DNA of 64,000 bases, from assembly GCA_026413945.1 (NCBI GenBank), contig JAOAJX010000002.1, positions 85,536 through 149,535 of the forward strand, in the 5' to 3' direction. The notes under the pieces were generated by a model. The model was not told where the DNA came from and made no database searches. It saw only the letters and a list, made by a program, of their open reading frames with translations. The translations under genes and the position numbers were made by a program. This DNA is from Candidatus Iainarchaeum sp. GTDB lineage: Archaea > Iainarchaeota > Iainarchaeia > Iainarchaeales > DTGL01. Shown here in pieces: positions 18,335 to 27,674 of the stretch (position 1 is the first letter of the stretch; each line of letters begins with the position of its first letter).

Positions 18335-19039
18335 ATGCGCGAAAAAATTTCCGTTATTGTTCCAACGCTTAATGAGGAAAAATTCATTGAAAAGACATTG
18401 CTTGCACTCAAAGACCAAACAATGCCAAAGAATGAGTATGAGATAATAGTAAGCGATAGCTCAAGCAGTGACTCTACAGTGGAAATAGCAAAGTCACTTG
18501 CAGACAAGGTTGTTGTTTGTGAGCGCATAAGCGCTGGTTACGGGCGCAATTTTGGCGCAAAGCACGCAAAAGGCAGTAAGCTTGCATTTGTGGATGCAGA
18601 TACAATTGTGTCACCGAGTTATATTGAAGGCGTAAAAGAAGCGCTTGATAAGGGCATAGCTGCCACGGGACCTATGAGAGCATACAAAACAGATAAATTA
18701 AAGCACAGGATTTTTTATAGGGCTTGGAGTGGCCTCACAAGATTTACAGTAATGATTCAATATCCTTTAGTGCCTGGGTTCAGCATGGCTGTAAAAAAAA
18801 GCGTTTTTGATGATGTAGATGGCTTCAGAAAAGACAAGGTTACAACAGAAGACTATGAGTTTTGCATGCGAATAAAAAAGCACGGCAGTTTTGTTTTTAG
18901 CAATAAAATGCTAGTGCATACATCAGCTAGAAGGTTCGAAGAAATTGGGTACCTGCCTTATATAGCGAATGGTATTAACTTCCTTCTATTCAAAAAAAGC
19001 TGGACATGGGAAAAGCACCGCAAAGATTACAGCAAGTGA
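18335..19039 (+). CDS. GT2 family glycosyltransferase, copy 2
   Basis: Same N-terminal half as copy 1; TEDYE, TSARRF; ATG 18335 aligns with the start of copy 1. Confidence 0.92.
   Translation: MREKISVIVPTLNEEKFIEKTLLALKDQTMPKNEYEIIVSDSSSSDSTVEIAKSLADKVVVCERISAGYGRNFGAKHAKGSKLAFVDADTIVSPSYIEGVKEALDKGIAATGPMRAYKTDKLKHRIFYRAWSGLTRFTVMIQYPLVPGFSMAVKKSVFDDVDGFRKDKVTTEDYEFCMRIKKHGSFVFSNKMLVHTSARRFEEIGYLPYIANGINFLLFKKSWTWEKHRKDYSK
18353..18681 (+). repeat. 329-bp direct repeat, copy 2 (5' half of GT2 copy 2)
   Basis: Identical to 17632-17960; sequences diverge abruptly after CCTATGAGAGC. Confidence 0.92.
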
Positions 19040-19043
19040 TTTA

Positions 19044-19325
19044 TCAGCGCTTAAGTTTTGGAATTTGTGTATTTATAAAGCCAATAACATCCATATCAGT
19101 TATCCTTGAAGCGCCAGGGCGATTTTCAAGTATTTTCAAGGCAAGTTCTATGTCTCCTCTTGAATAACCATCCCTAACAAGATTATCAATAAAATGTTGT
19201 CTGATTAGTTCACTGCCACCATATCTATACTGCTTGCCACCTTGCCTTATCTTAAGTTCCAGCCTTCTAAGTCTGTTAGTACTTTTAGGTGGCTTTGGCC
19301 TATTAATGTGTGGTTTTGGACCCAT
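19044..19325 (-). CDS. Small basic orphan protein
   Basis: MGPKPHINRPKPPKSTNRLRR Pro/Arg/Lys-rich N-terminus; fills the gap between convergent and divergent neighbours. Confidence 0.65.
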   Translation of the reverse strand: MGPKPHINRPKPPKSTNRLRRLELKIRQGGKQYRYGGSELIRQHFIDNLVRDGYSRGDIELALKILENRPGASRITDMDVIGFINTQIPKLKR

Positions 19326-19375
19326 AAAATCGAAATATTTTATGTGCTTTCCTCTTAATTAATCTTTCGGATATA

Positions 19376-20164
19376 GTGGATTATATGGATTTTCTTCAAG
19401 CATTAGTTTTAGGTCTTTTGCAGGGCATTTTTGAATGGCTTCCAGTAAGCTCGCAAGGCCAAATAATGGCTATTTCCATGGCTTTTTTTGGCATTAGTGC
19501 AGAAAATGCAACAAGGTATGCGATAATGCTGCATATCGGAACTCTTTTGTCAGCGATTGTATATTTCAGAAAAGAGCTTACAAAGGCTTGTACCTTAAGA
19601 GATACAAATACAATTAACTTTTTGGTAATTGCAGTTTTTGCTACAGCCATAACGGGAATTCCTTGCTACTTGATATTAAAGAGTATTACGAAAATAGAAA
19701 GCAATTACTTGGTTGCAATTATCGGCACTGCTCTTGTAGCAATGGGTGCTTTGCTTATATTTATAGGCTATATTAAAAAGGCTTCCAACAGAAAAAATCC
19801 GACTAGCAAAGATGCAATTCTCACTGGCCTAGCACAAGGCCTTAGTGTGCTTCCTGGCATAAGTAGGAGCGGAATAACTGTTGCTGCCCTCCTTATACAA
19901 AAATTTGAGGCAAAGCAGGCGCTAAAACTTTCCTTTTTGCTTTCAATACCAAGCATAGCTATTGCTGAGATAATGTTCTATGCGGTTGAGCCATTTGCAT
20001 TTGATTTAAATGCGCTTGCTGGAATGGTTGCAGCATTTTTATCAGGCCTTTTATTGATCCATCTAATGATCAAAGTCGCTGAAAAAATAAACTTTGCTTC
20101 ATTTTGCCTTTTTTTTGGAATTGCATATATATCAATTTCCCTATTTGATCTTTTGATATTATAG
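19376..20164 (+). CDS. uppP: Undecaprenyl-diphosphatase (BacA family)
   Basis: GLLQGIFEWLPVSSQG, LHIGT, PGISRSGIT, SFLLSIP. Confidence 0.92.
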   Translation: MDYMDFLQALVLGLLQGIFEWLPVSSQGQIMAISMAFFGISAENATRYAIMLHIGTLLSAIVYFRKELTKACTLRDTNTINFLVIAVFATAITGIPCYLILKSITKIESNYLVAIIGTALVAMGALLIFIGYIKKASNRKNPTSKDAILTGLAQGLSVLPGISRSGITVAALLIQKFEAKQALKLSFLLSIPSIAIAEIMFYAVEPFAFDLNALAGMVAAFLSGLLLIHLMIKVAEKINFASFCLFFGIAYISISLFDLLIL

Positions 20165-20186
20165 TATTATGTAAAGTTGCCTTTTA

Positions 20187-20840
20187 CTATGTTTTTTGTC
20201 GATATTGCGCCAAAAGAACCTTTTTGCATTTTGCAAGGGCATTCTCAACCATCTTCTGCACAGGCATTTTTTTCTCTTCTTCAAGAACTTTCTCCAAAGA
20301 AGCTTTAGTTACTGGATGCTTCGGGCCTAAAGCATCACAATACTCTGGCCCTTTGCTTGCTTCAAATGTTTTGATTTTGTGTGCAATGCGCACAATCTCA
20401 TCCTTTTCCATACAGAGCAAAGGCCTTACTAAAGGAATCATAACCGCTAGTGAAATGACAGACATGTTTTGCAGTGTTTGGCTCGAAACCTGCCCTATAG
20501 ACTCTCCGGTAACAACAAAACTGCAATTTTCCTTCTTTGCAATCTCTTCAGCAACTCTTAGCATAAATCTTCTCATCAGCACGAAGTAATATGCGTGCTT
20601 GCACTTGCTTGCTATCTCAATAAGCTCATCGCTTATATCAACAATAAATAGCTTTTTTATTCTGAGAATTCTGCATAGCTTGATGCTTTTGTTTATGCTC
20701 TCCTTGCCTGTAATTTTCTCGCTTGCGAAATGCAAAGCCACAACTTCAGCGCTTTTCATTGCAATATGGCCGGCAACTGGACTGTCGATGCCACCACTCA
20801 GAAGCAGTAATGCTTTTGGCTTTGCTTTGGCTTTTTGCAT
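20187..20840 (-). CDS. ThiI-like PP-loop domain protein lacking NFLD/THUMP
   Basis: LLSGGIDSPVA at about residue 12, RRFM, TGESIGQVSSQTLQN, RPL..KDEI; only 217 aa. Confidence 0.85.
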   Translation of the reverse strand: MQKAKAKPKALLLLSGGIDSPVAGHIAMKSAEVVALHFASEKITGKESINKSIKLCRILRIKKLFIVDISDELIEIASKCKHAYYFVLMRRFMLRVAEEIAKKENCSFVVTGESIGQVSSQTLQNMSVISLAVMIPLVRPLLCMEKDEIVRIAHKIKTFEASKGPEYCDALGPKHPVTKASLEKVLEEEKKMPVQKMVENALAKCKKVLLAQYRQKT

Positions 20841-20892
20841 AAAGAATTGGCTTCTCCAAAACTTTTAAATCATATTCCACAACAATAGCAAT

Positions 20893-21597
20893 ATGACAGA
20901 GCTTCTTTATCTCAAGGATTGCTACTTGAAGGAATTTGAAGCTTTTGTGACAGATGTTTGGGGAAGCCGTGTCGAGCTTGATAAAACTGCTTTTTACGTT
21001 CATGGCGGTGGGCAGCCTTCCGACACTGGCACACTTTTTTCCGGAGAGTTAAGTTTCAAAGTTTTGGAAGTAAAGCGCGATCAGGGAAAAATATGGCATA
21101 TTTTGGATTCTGGGGGTTTAAAAAAAGGCGATAAGGTAAAGGGAAAGATTGATTGGGCTAGACGCTACAAGCTTATGCGAATGCACACTGCTGCCCATAT
21201 ATTAACAAAGGCAGTGCAGTCATTTTATCCGCAAGCTCTTGTAACAGGCGGGCAACTAGATCTGGAAGAATCAAGAGATGATTATTCCATAGGAGAAATA
21301 AATGAGGAATCAGTCAAGATGATTGAAGAAAAAGCAAACGAAATTGTGAGAGCAAACTTGCCTGTAGAGATAGGTGAGATGCCACGCCAAGAAGCATTAA
21401 AAATACCTTCAATATTCAAGCTAAGGGATGTGATGCCAAAGAACATTCCAATGATTAGATATGTAAAAATAGGCAATGACCACAATGCATGCGGCGGAAC
21501 CCATGTTTCAACTACTGGTGAAGTTGGAAGGATTGAAATAACAAGAGCCATTAACAAGGGAAAAGATAATAAAAGGCTATACTTTAGGGTTCAATGA
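20893..21597 (+). CDS. alaXM: AlaX-M trans-editing protein
   Basis: TELLYLKDCY, FY..GGGQPSDTG, MRMHTAAH, CGGTH. Confidence 0.92.
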   Translation: MTELLYLKDCYLKEFEAFVTDVWGSRVELDKTAFYVHGGGQPSDTGTLFSGELSFKVLEVKRDQGKIWHILDSGGLKKGDKVKGKIDWARRYKLMRMHTAAHILTKAVQSFYPQALVTGGQLDLEESRDDYSIGEINEESVKMIEEKANEIVRANLPVEIGEMPRQEALKIPSIFKLRDVMPKNIPMIRYVKIGNDHNACGGTHVSTTGEVGRIEITRAINKGKDNKRLYFRVQ

Positions 21598-21649
21598 GGT
21601 TTTCTTGGGCTAAAAAATATTGGGTTTGATTTAAAAAGATGGGAATTCT

Positions 21650-22405
21650 ATGGGAAGCGGAACAAGATTTTTAAAAAGACCGCCTGCTTCTGGCTCAATG
21701 GAAGCTGAGTTGAGGAGCAAGCTACCACCAAAGTTAAGAAACAGAGCATATCCACCAGAACTTATGTTGGAGATTCTTAAGTATAGGGCTGAGCCAATTT
21801 CTTCACATGTTATCTCACAAAAAATTGGTGGGCGCCTCACTGCAAAACAGGTTGAAAGAATATTGCGCCTTGGCGGTGGAAGGCCACCAGAGGTGCTTGA
21901 TGGGCTAAAACGGGGAATTGGTTCAAAAGAAAGAAGCAGAAAAACAAAGGTTGGACTTGCTCTAAGTTGGAGAGACGTTTTTTTTGGCCAGGCGCTAACA
22001 AGGTACGGAACTCAACCTTTGGATAAGTTGCTTAAGACAAGAAGACAACTTATGAGTAAATTAAACTCATTAAAAGCCAAGCTAAATAAAGAAATGCAAA
22101 TAGATAACTATGAAAAAACCACTGGCTTGCGCAGAAAAATAACAAAAATGCAAATAGAGCTTAAGGCCATCAACGAAGCCATAAGAAGGGAAGAAGCACT
22201 TAAAGAATGGGGCCTAAAGGCTGATCCTAAAGAAATTGAAGGTGAGATTAAGTACAGGCAAGAGCTTTTGCGCGGCCTTTACGAGCAAAAGGAAATAAAC
22301 AGAAGAATTGGAAAAAAAGCTAGCAACGCAATGGAAAAAGAAATTAGAAGGTTGAGCATTGAAATTGCAATTTTGATGGAAGTTGCTAAGAAAAGAGGCT
22401 TATAA
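21650..22405 (+). CDS. Highly basic helical orphan protein
   Basis: Arg/Lys-rich; possible HTH-like segment followed by coiled helices; no recognised family. Confidence 0.7.
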   Translation: MGSGTRFLKRPPASGSMEAELRSKLPPKLRNRAYPPELMLEILKYRAEPISSHVISQKIGGRLTAKQVERILRLGGGRPPEVLDGLKRGIGSKERSRKTKVGLALSWRDVFFGQALTRYGTQPLDKLLKTRRQLMSKLNSLKAKLNKEMQIDNYEKTTGLRRKITKMQIELKAINEAIRREEALKEWGLKADPKEIEGEIKYRQELLRGLYEQKEINRRIGKKASNAMEKEIRRLSIEIAILMEVAKKRGL

Positions 22406-22417
22406 GAGGTGATTATT

Positions 22418-22984
22418 TTGGAAAACGAGATTGCTAAAATAATTGTAAAAAGGTCTTCTGTCAGGGCTTTTGACAACAGCAAAAAGATTCCAAAGACAAA
22501 AATAATGAAAATACTTAAGGCTGGGACTCTTGCACCGTCTGCCCGCAATTCGCAGCCATGGCGATTTTATGTTGCCATTAGTGAAGAAGCAAAAACGAAA
22601 GTTTGTGAAGCCATGGCTGAAAGAAACCCGTGGGCAAAGGAGGCTAACGCAATAATAGTGCTGCTCGCTGACAAGAACTTTGCGGTAAGACCTGATGAGA
22701 AAAAATATTACATCGACATCGGCCTTTGCCTTGAGAATATTTTGCTTGAAGCAGTAAACCAAGGGCTTGGTGCATGCGCTTGCACCGCATTTGACAAAGA
22801 GCTGCTCACAAAGGCGCTTGGCTTGCCTGAGCATTTAGAGGCAGTTGTTGTAGTGCCTCTCGGATATGAAGCCAAAGGAAAAAAATTTGCAGAAATGAAA
22901 AGAAAATATGGGGAAATTGTTGAGCGCAGAGACCACAAAGATGGAACAAAAAAGCTTGAAGAGTGCATAATTAATTTGGCTTGA
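22418..22984 (+). CDS. Nitroreductase family protein
   Basis: RSSVRAF, APSARNSQPWRF, ENILLEAVNQGLGAC, LGY; TTG after GAGGTGA. Confidence 0.92.
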   Translation: MENEIAKIIVKRSSVRAFDNSKKIPKTKIMKILKAGTLAPSARNSQPWRFYVAISEEAKTKVCEAMAERNPWAKEANAIIVLLADKNFAVRPDEKKYYIDIGLCLENILLEAVNQGLGACACTAFDKELLTKALGLPEHLEAVVVVPLGYEAKGKKFAEMKRKYGEIVERRDHKDGTKKLEECIINLA

Positions 22985-22993
22985 GCAAAAGGC

Positions 22994-23431
22994 TTAATTA
23001 CGCGCTCGCCAGCAAATACATGTGCCTTGATTGCAGCTGGCCTGCATTTTGGTGCATACTATATCCCCTCCAAACATGAAAAAAAAGAAGTTTTCTTGGG
23101 TTACTGAAATGTAGTTTTTGCTTATACAGCCAGTTCCGCAAGCAAACCTACAATCTGAATCTTTCTCGCAAGCCTTTCCATAGTGGGAGTTATAAACTTC
23201 AGCCACAGCATACAAAACTGTGGAAAGCAAAAGAGTTATTGAAAGAAACAAAAAAATGGCTCTCGCAGCATCTTTTTTCTGATTATAGCTACGCTTAGAA
23301 ACTAATGCTGCTGGAAAAGCCAATAAAAGCAGAGTAAAAGGCATTACAAGGAAAAGAATTAGCAATATTATAAGCATTATAGAAGCCAAAAACAGAATTA
23401 CAAGATTCTTATTTGAAGCCTCCGTTGGCAT
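22994..23431 (-). CDS. Membrane protein with a C-terminal Cys-cluster ectodomain
   Basis: 2-3 TM helices, then CEKDSDC..C..GC...C...C.QG.C.C. Confidence 0.7.
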   Translation of the reverse strand: MPTEASNKNLVILFLASIMLIILLILFLVMPFTLLLLAFPAALVSKRSYNQKKDAARAIFLFLSITLLLSTVLYAVAEVYNSHYGKACEKDSDCRFACGTGCISKNYISVTQENFFFFMFGGDIVCTKMQASCNQGTCICWRARN

Positions 23432-23547
23432 AATTATACCACTAATCAGAAAGCATTTTTAACTTTTGCTAATTTGGTTGCGGATGAACGAAATTACTGA
23501 AGGAAATTTGGGCAATTCTCTAGGAGGGCCGATCATCTCATATTAGT

Positions 23548-23940
23548 TTACTCCTCGAAGCCCTTTACATAATATTTCCTGCCTTTTTTAATGATTGTAT
23601 GCCTTTCTTTCTCAAGAAGTTTTTTCTGTTTTTCTGCCCACCCAGGTATTTCTCATTTAGTTTGCCGCTGTTTTTTATCGTTCGCCATTAGGGCACGTCA
23701 CTTTCAGTTTCTTCTGCAGCATTGCGGCAGTCACAACGAAGATGCCGGTGGTTAGGGTACAGCAAAACTTAGTTTTATGTTTTTTGGCTAATTTCTTGCA
23801 AATCTCATTTAAGGTGATAAGTTTGCTTTCTGGCACTTTCTTCATTATCTCATTCACTTCCAATGGTGGCACTAATACAACACTATCTCCAGGCTTTGCC
23901 CCCATTGTTTCCATTGCTTTTCCACAGGGCAATTTCGTGG
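23548..23940 (-). pseudogene. Decayed MGMT/Ada-like (alkylated DNA-binding) gene
   Basis: PLEVNEIMKKVPESKLIT...CCTLTTGIF continues after a frameshift as AAEE..DVP*WRTIK..GKLNEKY; in-frame stop, at least two more frameshifts, 5' end lost. Confidence 0.8.
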
Positions 23941-24083
23941 TTTATTTTTTCTTTTGATAAAACCTTAAGCGAATATTTTTTCAATCAATATCGCAAATTA
24001 GAAAGATTAATTAAAATAAGTTAGCGGGGCCTTGCACCGAAAAAAATATATATAGAATAACCATATTCCTTTAAGGTGAAGGC

Positions 24084-25175
24084 ATGTTGAATCTTCACGA
24101 CAAGGAAAAAATTATTGAAATAAGAACATGGGCTTTTGCGATAGCTTTGCTTTTTTTAGTTTGGTTTGTTATTTCTGCCATCAATTTTCAAAATATTTGG
24201 AATGGCTTCCTTTATAGTTTCAAGAATATTGGTTTTGTAAATTTGCTGCCATCACGCCCGCCTATTTTCTTGTTATTCATTGTTATTATGCCAATAGTTT
24301 ATTTTATCGTAAATAAATACTCAAAGAACGAAACTATAAAAAGAATTGCAATAATCAATGCAATTTTGCTGCCAACTTTGCTATTTTTTGAGTATGCATT
24401 GAATGATATGGGCAACCCTGATTTGACATCTGTTGGCTACTTTCCAAACAATCTTTTGGAATCGTTACTTTATTCATACGCTTTTGGCACGATGTCTTTC
24501 TACCTGTGGGTTCTCTTCTTGCTGCTTATAATATTTGCCTTGCTTTCACCAATAGTTGAGAATGCAAAAATGCAAAGAAAAACAATTTTAGATTCGCTTG
24601 CGGTTAGCTTTGGCTTTGTTTTTATCCTTTTTTCAATCTGCCTTTCTAACTTTGTGTCTCTCTCACAATACGCGGTTACAGTCGATCAGGCAAGACTCTA
24701 CTGCTATGAAAAAACCAATATGGCATACCCATCAAAAGCTTATCCGGAAATCTATGATGTGTGTTATTGGGATGGCAAACCTGGAACTGAAAAACTACAA
24801 AATATAATGAATGCTAGAGAATATTTTAACCGCTGCTTCACATCAAAGCTCCCAATTTCTGATCAGGATATTAGGGAAAGGTCACTCGCGCTCAGCTCAC
24901 TACTTATGGCAATAATTTGCTTGGTTTTGGGCTTTGGGATTTTCAGAACAGGCCGCCTGAAAAACGAAATGATAGGCAAAGGCACGATAGTTGCATCATT
25001 TTTATTCTGGTTCATAAGCTATGATGCTTTGCAATCTTACATTCCAATCCAGGACCATCCGTTTTTAATCGCAATGTTAGCATTTGCATGCTGGTTTGCG
25101 ATCTACTATCTGCTATTTTGGCTTGCCTCAAAGATTTTTATAAGTAGAAAGCAGAAATCGGGTAAGGGCAAGTAA
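24084..25175 (+). CDS. Polytopic membrane protein of unknown function
   Basis: About 8 hydrophobic segments; SD AGGTGA before the ATG. Confidence 0.8.
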   Translation: MLNLHDKEKIIEIRTWAFAIALLFLVWFVISAINFQNIWNGFLYSFKNIGFVNLLPSRPPIFLLFIVIMPIVYFIVNKYSKNETIKRIAIINAILLPTLLFFEYALNDMGNPDLTSVGYFPNNLLESLLYSYAFGTMSFYLWVLFLLLIIFALLSPIVENAKMQRKTILDSLAVSFGFVFILFSICLSNFVSLSQYAVTVDQARLYCYEKTNMAYPSKAYPEIYDVCYWDGKPGTEKLQNIMNAREYFNRCFTSKLPISDQDIRERSLALSSLLMAIICLVLGFGIFRTGRLKNEMIGKGTIVASFLFWFISYDALQSYIPIQDHPFLIAMLAFACWFAIYYLLFWLASKIFISRKQKSGKGK

Positions 25176-25189
25176 AGTGCAGTTTGCAA

Positions 25190-25941
25190 TTAAGGATGCA
25201 ATGCAGTTTTAAATGGGTTATAACCATGGAAGATGGAGCCCTTAAAAAGTATCTTGTAAAAGCCTAGTATGGGGGAGCCAACAAACAGGTTTGCTATTAG
25301 CTTAGCTAGCTCCATTTTGCTAAATTCTAGCACTGGCTCTTTAAGGTAACTAAACATCATAGAAAAAGAACAAATAAATATTAAAGCCAAGACAGGCACT
25401 AAAAGCAAATATATCTTTTTGTTCTCATCAAACAGACAAATCTTTTCGCCTATGAACGAGACAATTAAAACAATGATAATAATGGGCGTGAGAAAGCAAG
25501 CATAAAGTAGTAAATAATAATTGAGCACCATTGATACATTGATAATGCCAGATCAAGATCAAACGAATCTGCTATTTTAAGATATAAACTGCTTTTATCA
25601 ACTAGGTCAAAATTTACTGTTAGCAAAATTAAGAACACAAATGGAATGCCAACTGAAGCACCAAAATCAGCTATTTCTCTTAGAATTAAATGTCCAAACT
25701 CTTTACTACCTCTTACTTCAAGAGAAAAAAAGCGGGCGCTCAGGGGTAGCCTATGTTCTTTCTTTCTGAGATGTGTAACATAAATCGCTATTCCGAGTAT
25801 GAAAACAAAAAATTCGATTATGTTTGGCTTAATAACGAAGTTAATCAAGCAAATGAAGCTAAGAATACCCAAAAAGGTGGCGATTGAATAAAAAGTAGTA
25901 TCGATAACTATTCCAAGAAAAATCTTGCTAAGAGTAAGCAT
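25190..25941 (-). pseudogene. Single membrane-protein gene (about 247 aa) split by an 8-bp tandem duplication
   Basis: CATTGATA is repeated at 25529-36 and 25537-44; removing one copy fuses ORFs 25465-25941 and 25190-25531 in frame (LALSM|VLNYY). Confidence 0.8.
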
Positions 25942-26037
25942 TAGCTCTGTTTTTTTTGTGTTTTTTATCCTTATCTAGATACATAAACAAATGGATATTT
26001 CTTTTCCTTAATAAATATTTCGCAACAGATTCAATTT

Positions 26038-26751
26038 ATGGCAAAAACAAGAAGGGTTCGTCTGATCGAGGCAATAAACTCTGCAATACAAAGCAGAGAA
26101 GGTCAGCAGCTGGGTTTTGAGTTTGTAAAGCCAAGAGGCTTAAGCAGGATGGAACTCATAGAAATAGCAATACAATGTGCAGTCAAACTTGGCAGCACAG
26201 GCTATTCAAAAAGCGACAAAGCGGATTATCTTGCAGAAGTGCTTACATTGTCACAACTTACAGGAAAAGGCATCGGCTTTATCTCACAGAAAGCTGTTAC
26301 TGGTGGCAAGCACTACCGTGGAGTTGCAGAGCATCTTAGGGCATTAGAAAAAGCTGGCGTTGACATTGCTCATTTAACAAAAATATTGCTTACAAGCAGT
26401 GGAGATATAAGGGCTATAATGCAGCGATTACCCCCCACATACGCTGAGAAAAAGAAGAGAGCTATTGAAAGAGAAATAAGTAAAATATTATTTTGGCATA
26501 GAAAGAGGCTGGAAGGGCACGAAAGGATGCAAATTTTAATTGGTTGGCTACGAAGAAAGCATGAAAGTTTGTATGGAACAAAAGTTGAAAACGCTATGCT
26601 CACAAGGGAAGATGTTTTAGAACTGCTCAGCAAAGGGGTACCAAGAGAAGATATTGAAAGGATTTTAAGAGCCAAATACACGAACAATAAAACAAAGAAT
26701 TATGTTCCGAGGCCAAAAAAAGTTAATAGGATTAACAGAAAGCCAATTTAG
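26038..26751 (+). CDS. Highly basic orphan protein
   Basis: MAKTRRVRL start, C-terminus PRPKKVNRINRKPI; TATA-like box about 22 nt upstream, no SD. Confidence 0.7.
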   Translation: MAKTRRVRLIEAINSAIQSREGQQLGFEFVKPRGLSRMELIEIAIQCAVKLGSTGYSKSDKADYLAEVLTLSQLTGKGIGFISQKAVTGGKHYRGVAEHLRALEKAGVDIAHLTKILLTSSGDIRAIMQRLPPTYAEKKKRAIEREISKILFWHRKRLEGHERMQILIGWLRRKHESLYGTKVENAMLTREDVLELLSKGVPREDIERILRAKYTNNKTKNYVPRPKKVNRINRKPI

Positions 26752-26770
26752 TTTGGCCAATTCTTTAGTT

Positions 26771-27670
26771 TCATTTTTTCTGTTCTCTTCTGTTCTCAAA
26801 AACCAGCATTGCAGCGCCTATTGCTGGAGCATCTTCACCTAGTTTTGCCCGAAGTATTTTTGTATCATTTCTTACTAGCTTGTATTTAGAAAGCTCTTTT
26901 TTTGCCGTATCCAAAAGCAGCCCTATTTCTGAAAGCCCACCACCAACAATGATTGCATCTGGGTCAAAGATGTTTATAATATTTACAAAGCCAACTGCCA
27001 AATGCTTAGAAACATCTTTTACTGCTTCAATAGCTCTTATATCATCTCTCTTGAGGTAATAATGCAACTCTTCATTGCTCTTTATTTTAAGGCCTTTTTC
27101 CATTGCCTTTTCAAAAAGGGCTTTTCCATTGCAATGCGCCTCAAAGCAGCCGATGTTTCCACAGCCGCAAATCTTTCCTGATGAATGGTCAATAATCATA
27201 TGGCCAAGTTCAGCACCTAGCCCTTGACCTTTCACTAAAAAGCCATTGCATATTATTCCACTGCCAACACCTGTGCCAAGAGTAATTCCAATGATGTTTT
27301 TGTATTTTCGCTTATAGCCGACAGCATACTCCGCCAAAGCAAATGCATTGGCATCGTTTTCAAAAAAAAGTTCTTCATTGAAACTTTTCTTAAGATATGA
27401 ATTAATGTTAACTCCATTTATCCAAGGCATATTTGGCGAAAATTGGATAATCCCTGTGGAGCTGTCAATGAAGCCGGCAAAATCAAGCCCTATGCCTTCA
27501 ATTTTTTCATTGCCTTTAATATCATTGATACCATCAACAAGAGTTTTAAGAAATGGTTTTTTATCTGTTGGAGTAGCCAACTTTTTTCTTTCTAGAATTT
27601 TCCCCTGGTGATCCAAAAGCAAAAAAAGCATCTTTGTTCCGCCAACATCAACTCCAATGGCCTTTGCCAA
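26771..27670 (-). CDS. ROK family sugar kinase (glucokinase-like)
   Basis: GVDVGGTK, ENDANAFALAE, LGTGVGSG, ELGH, CGCGNIGCFE. Confidence 0.93.
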   Translation of the reverse strand: MAKAIGVDVGGTKMLFLLLDHQGKILERKKLATPTDKKPFLKTLVDGINDIKGNEKIEGIGLDFAGFIDSSTGIIQFSPNMPWINGVNINSYLKKSFNEELFFENDANAFALAEYAVGYKRKYKNIIGITLGTGVGSGIICNGFLVKGQGLGAELGHMIIDHSSGKICGCGNIGCFEAHCNGKALFEKAMEKGLKIKSNEELHYYLKRDDIRAIEAVKDVSKHLAVGFVNIINIFDPDAIIVGGGLSEIGLLLDTAKKELSKYKLVRNDTKILRAKLGEDAPAIGAAMLVFENRREQKK

Positions 27671-27674
27671 AAAA

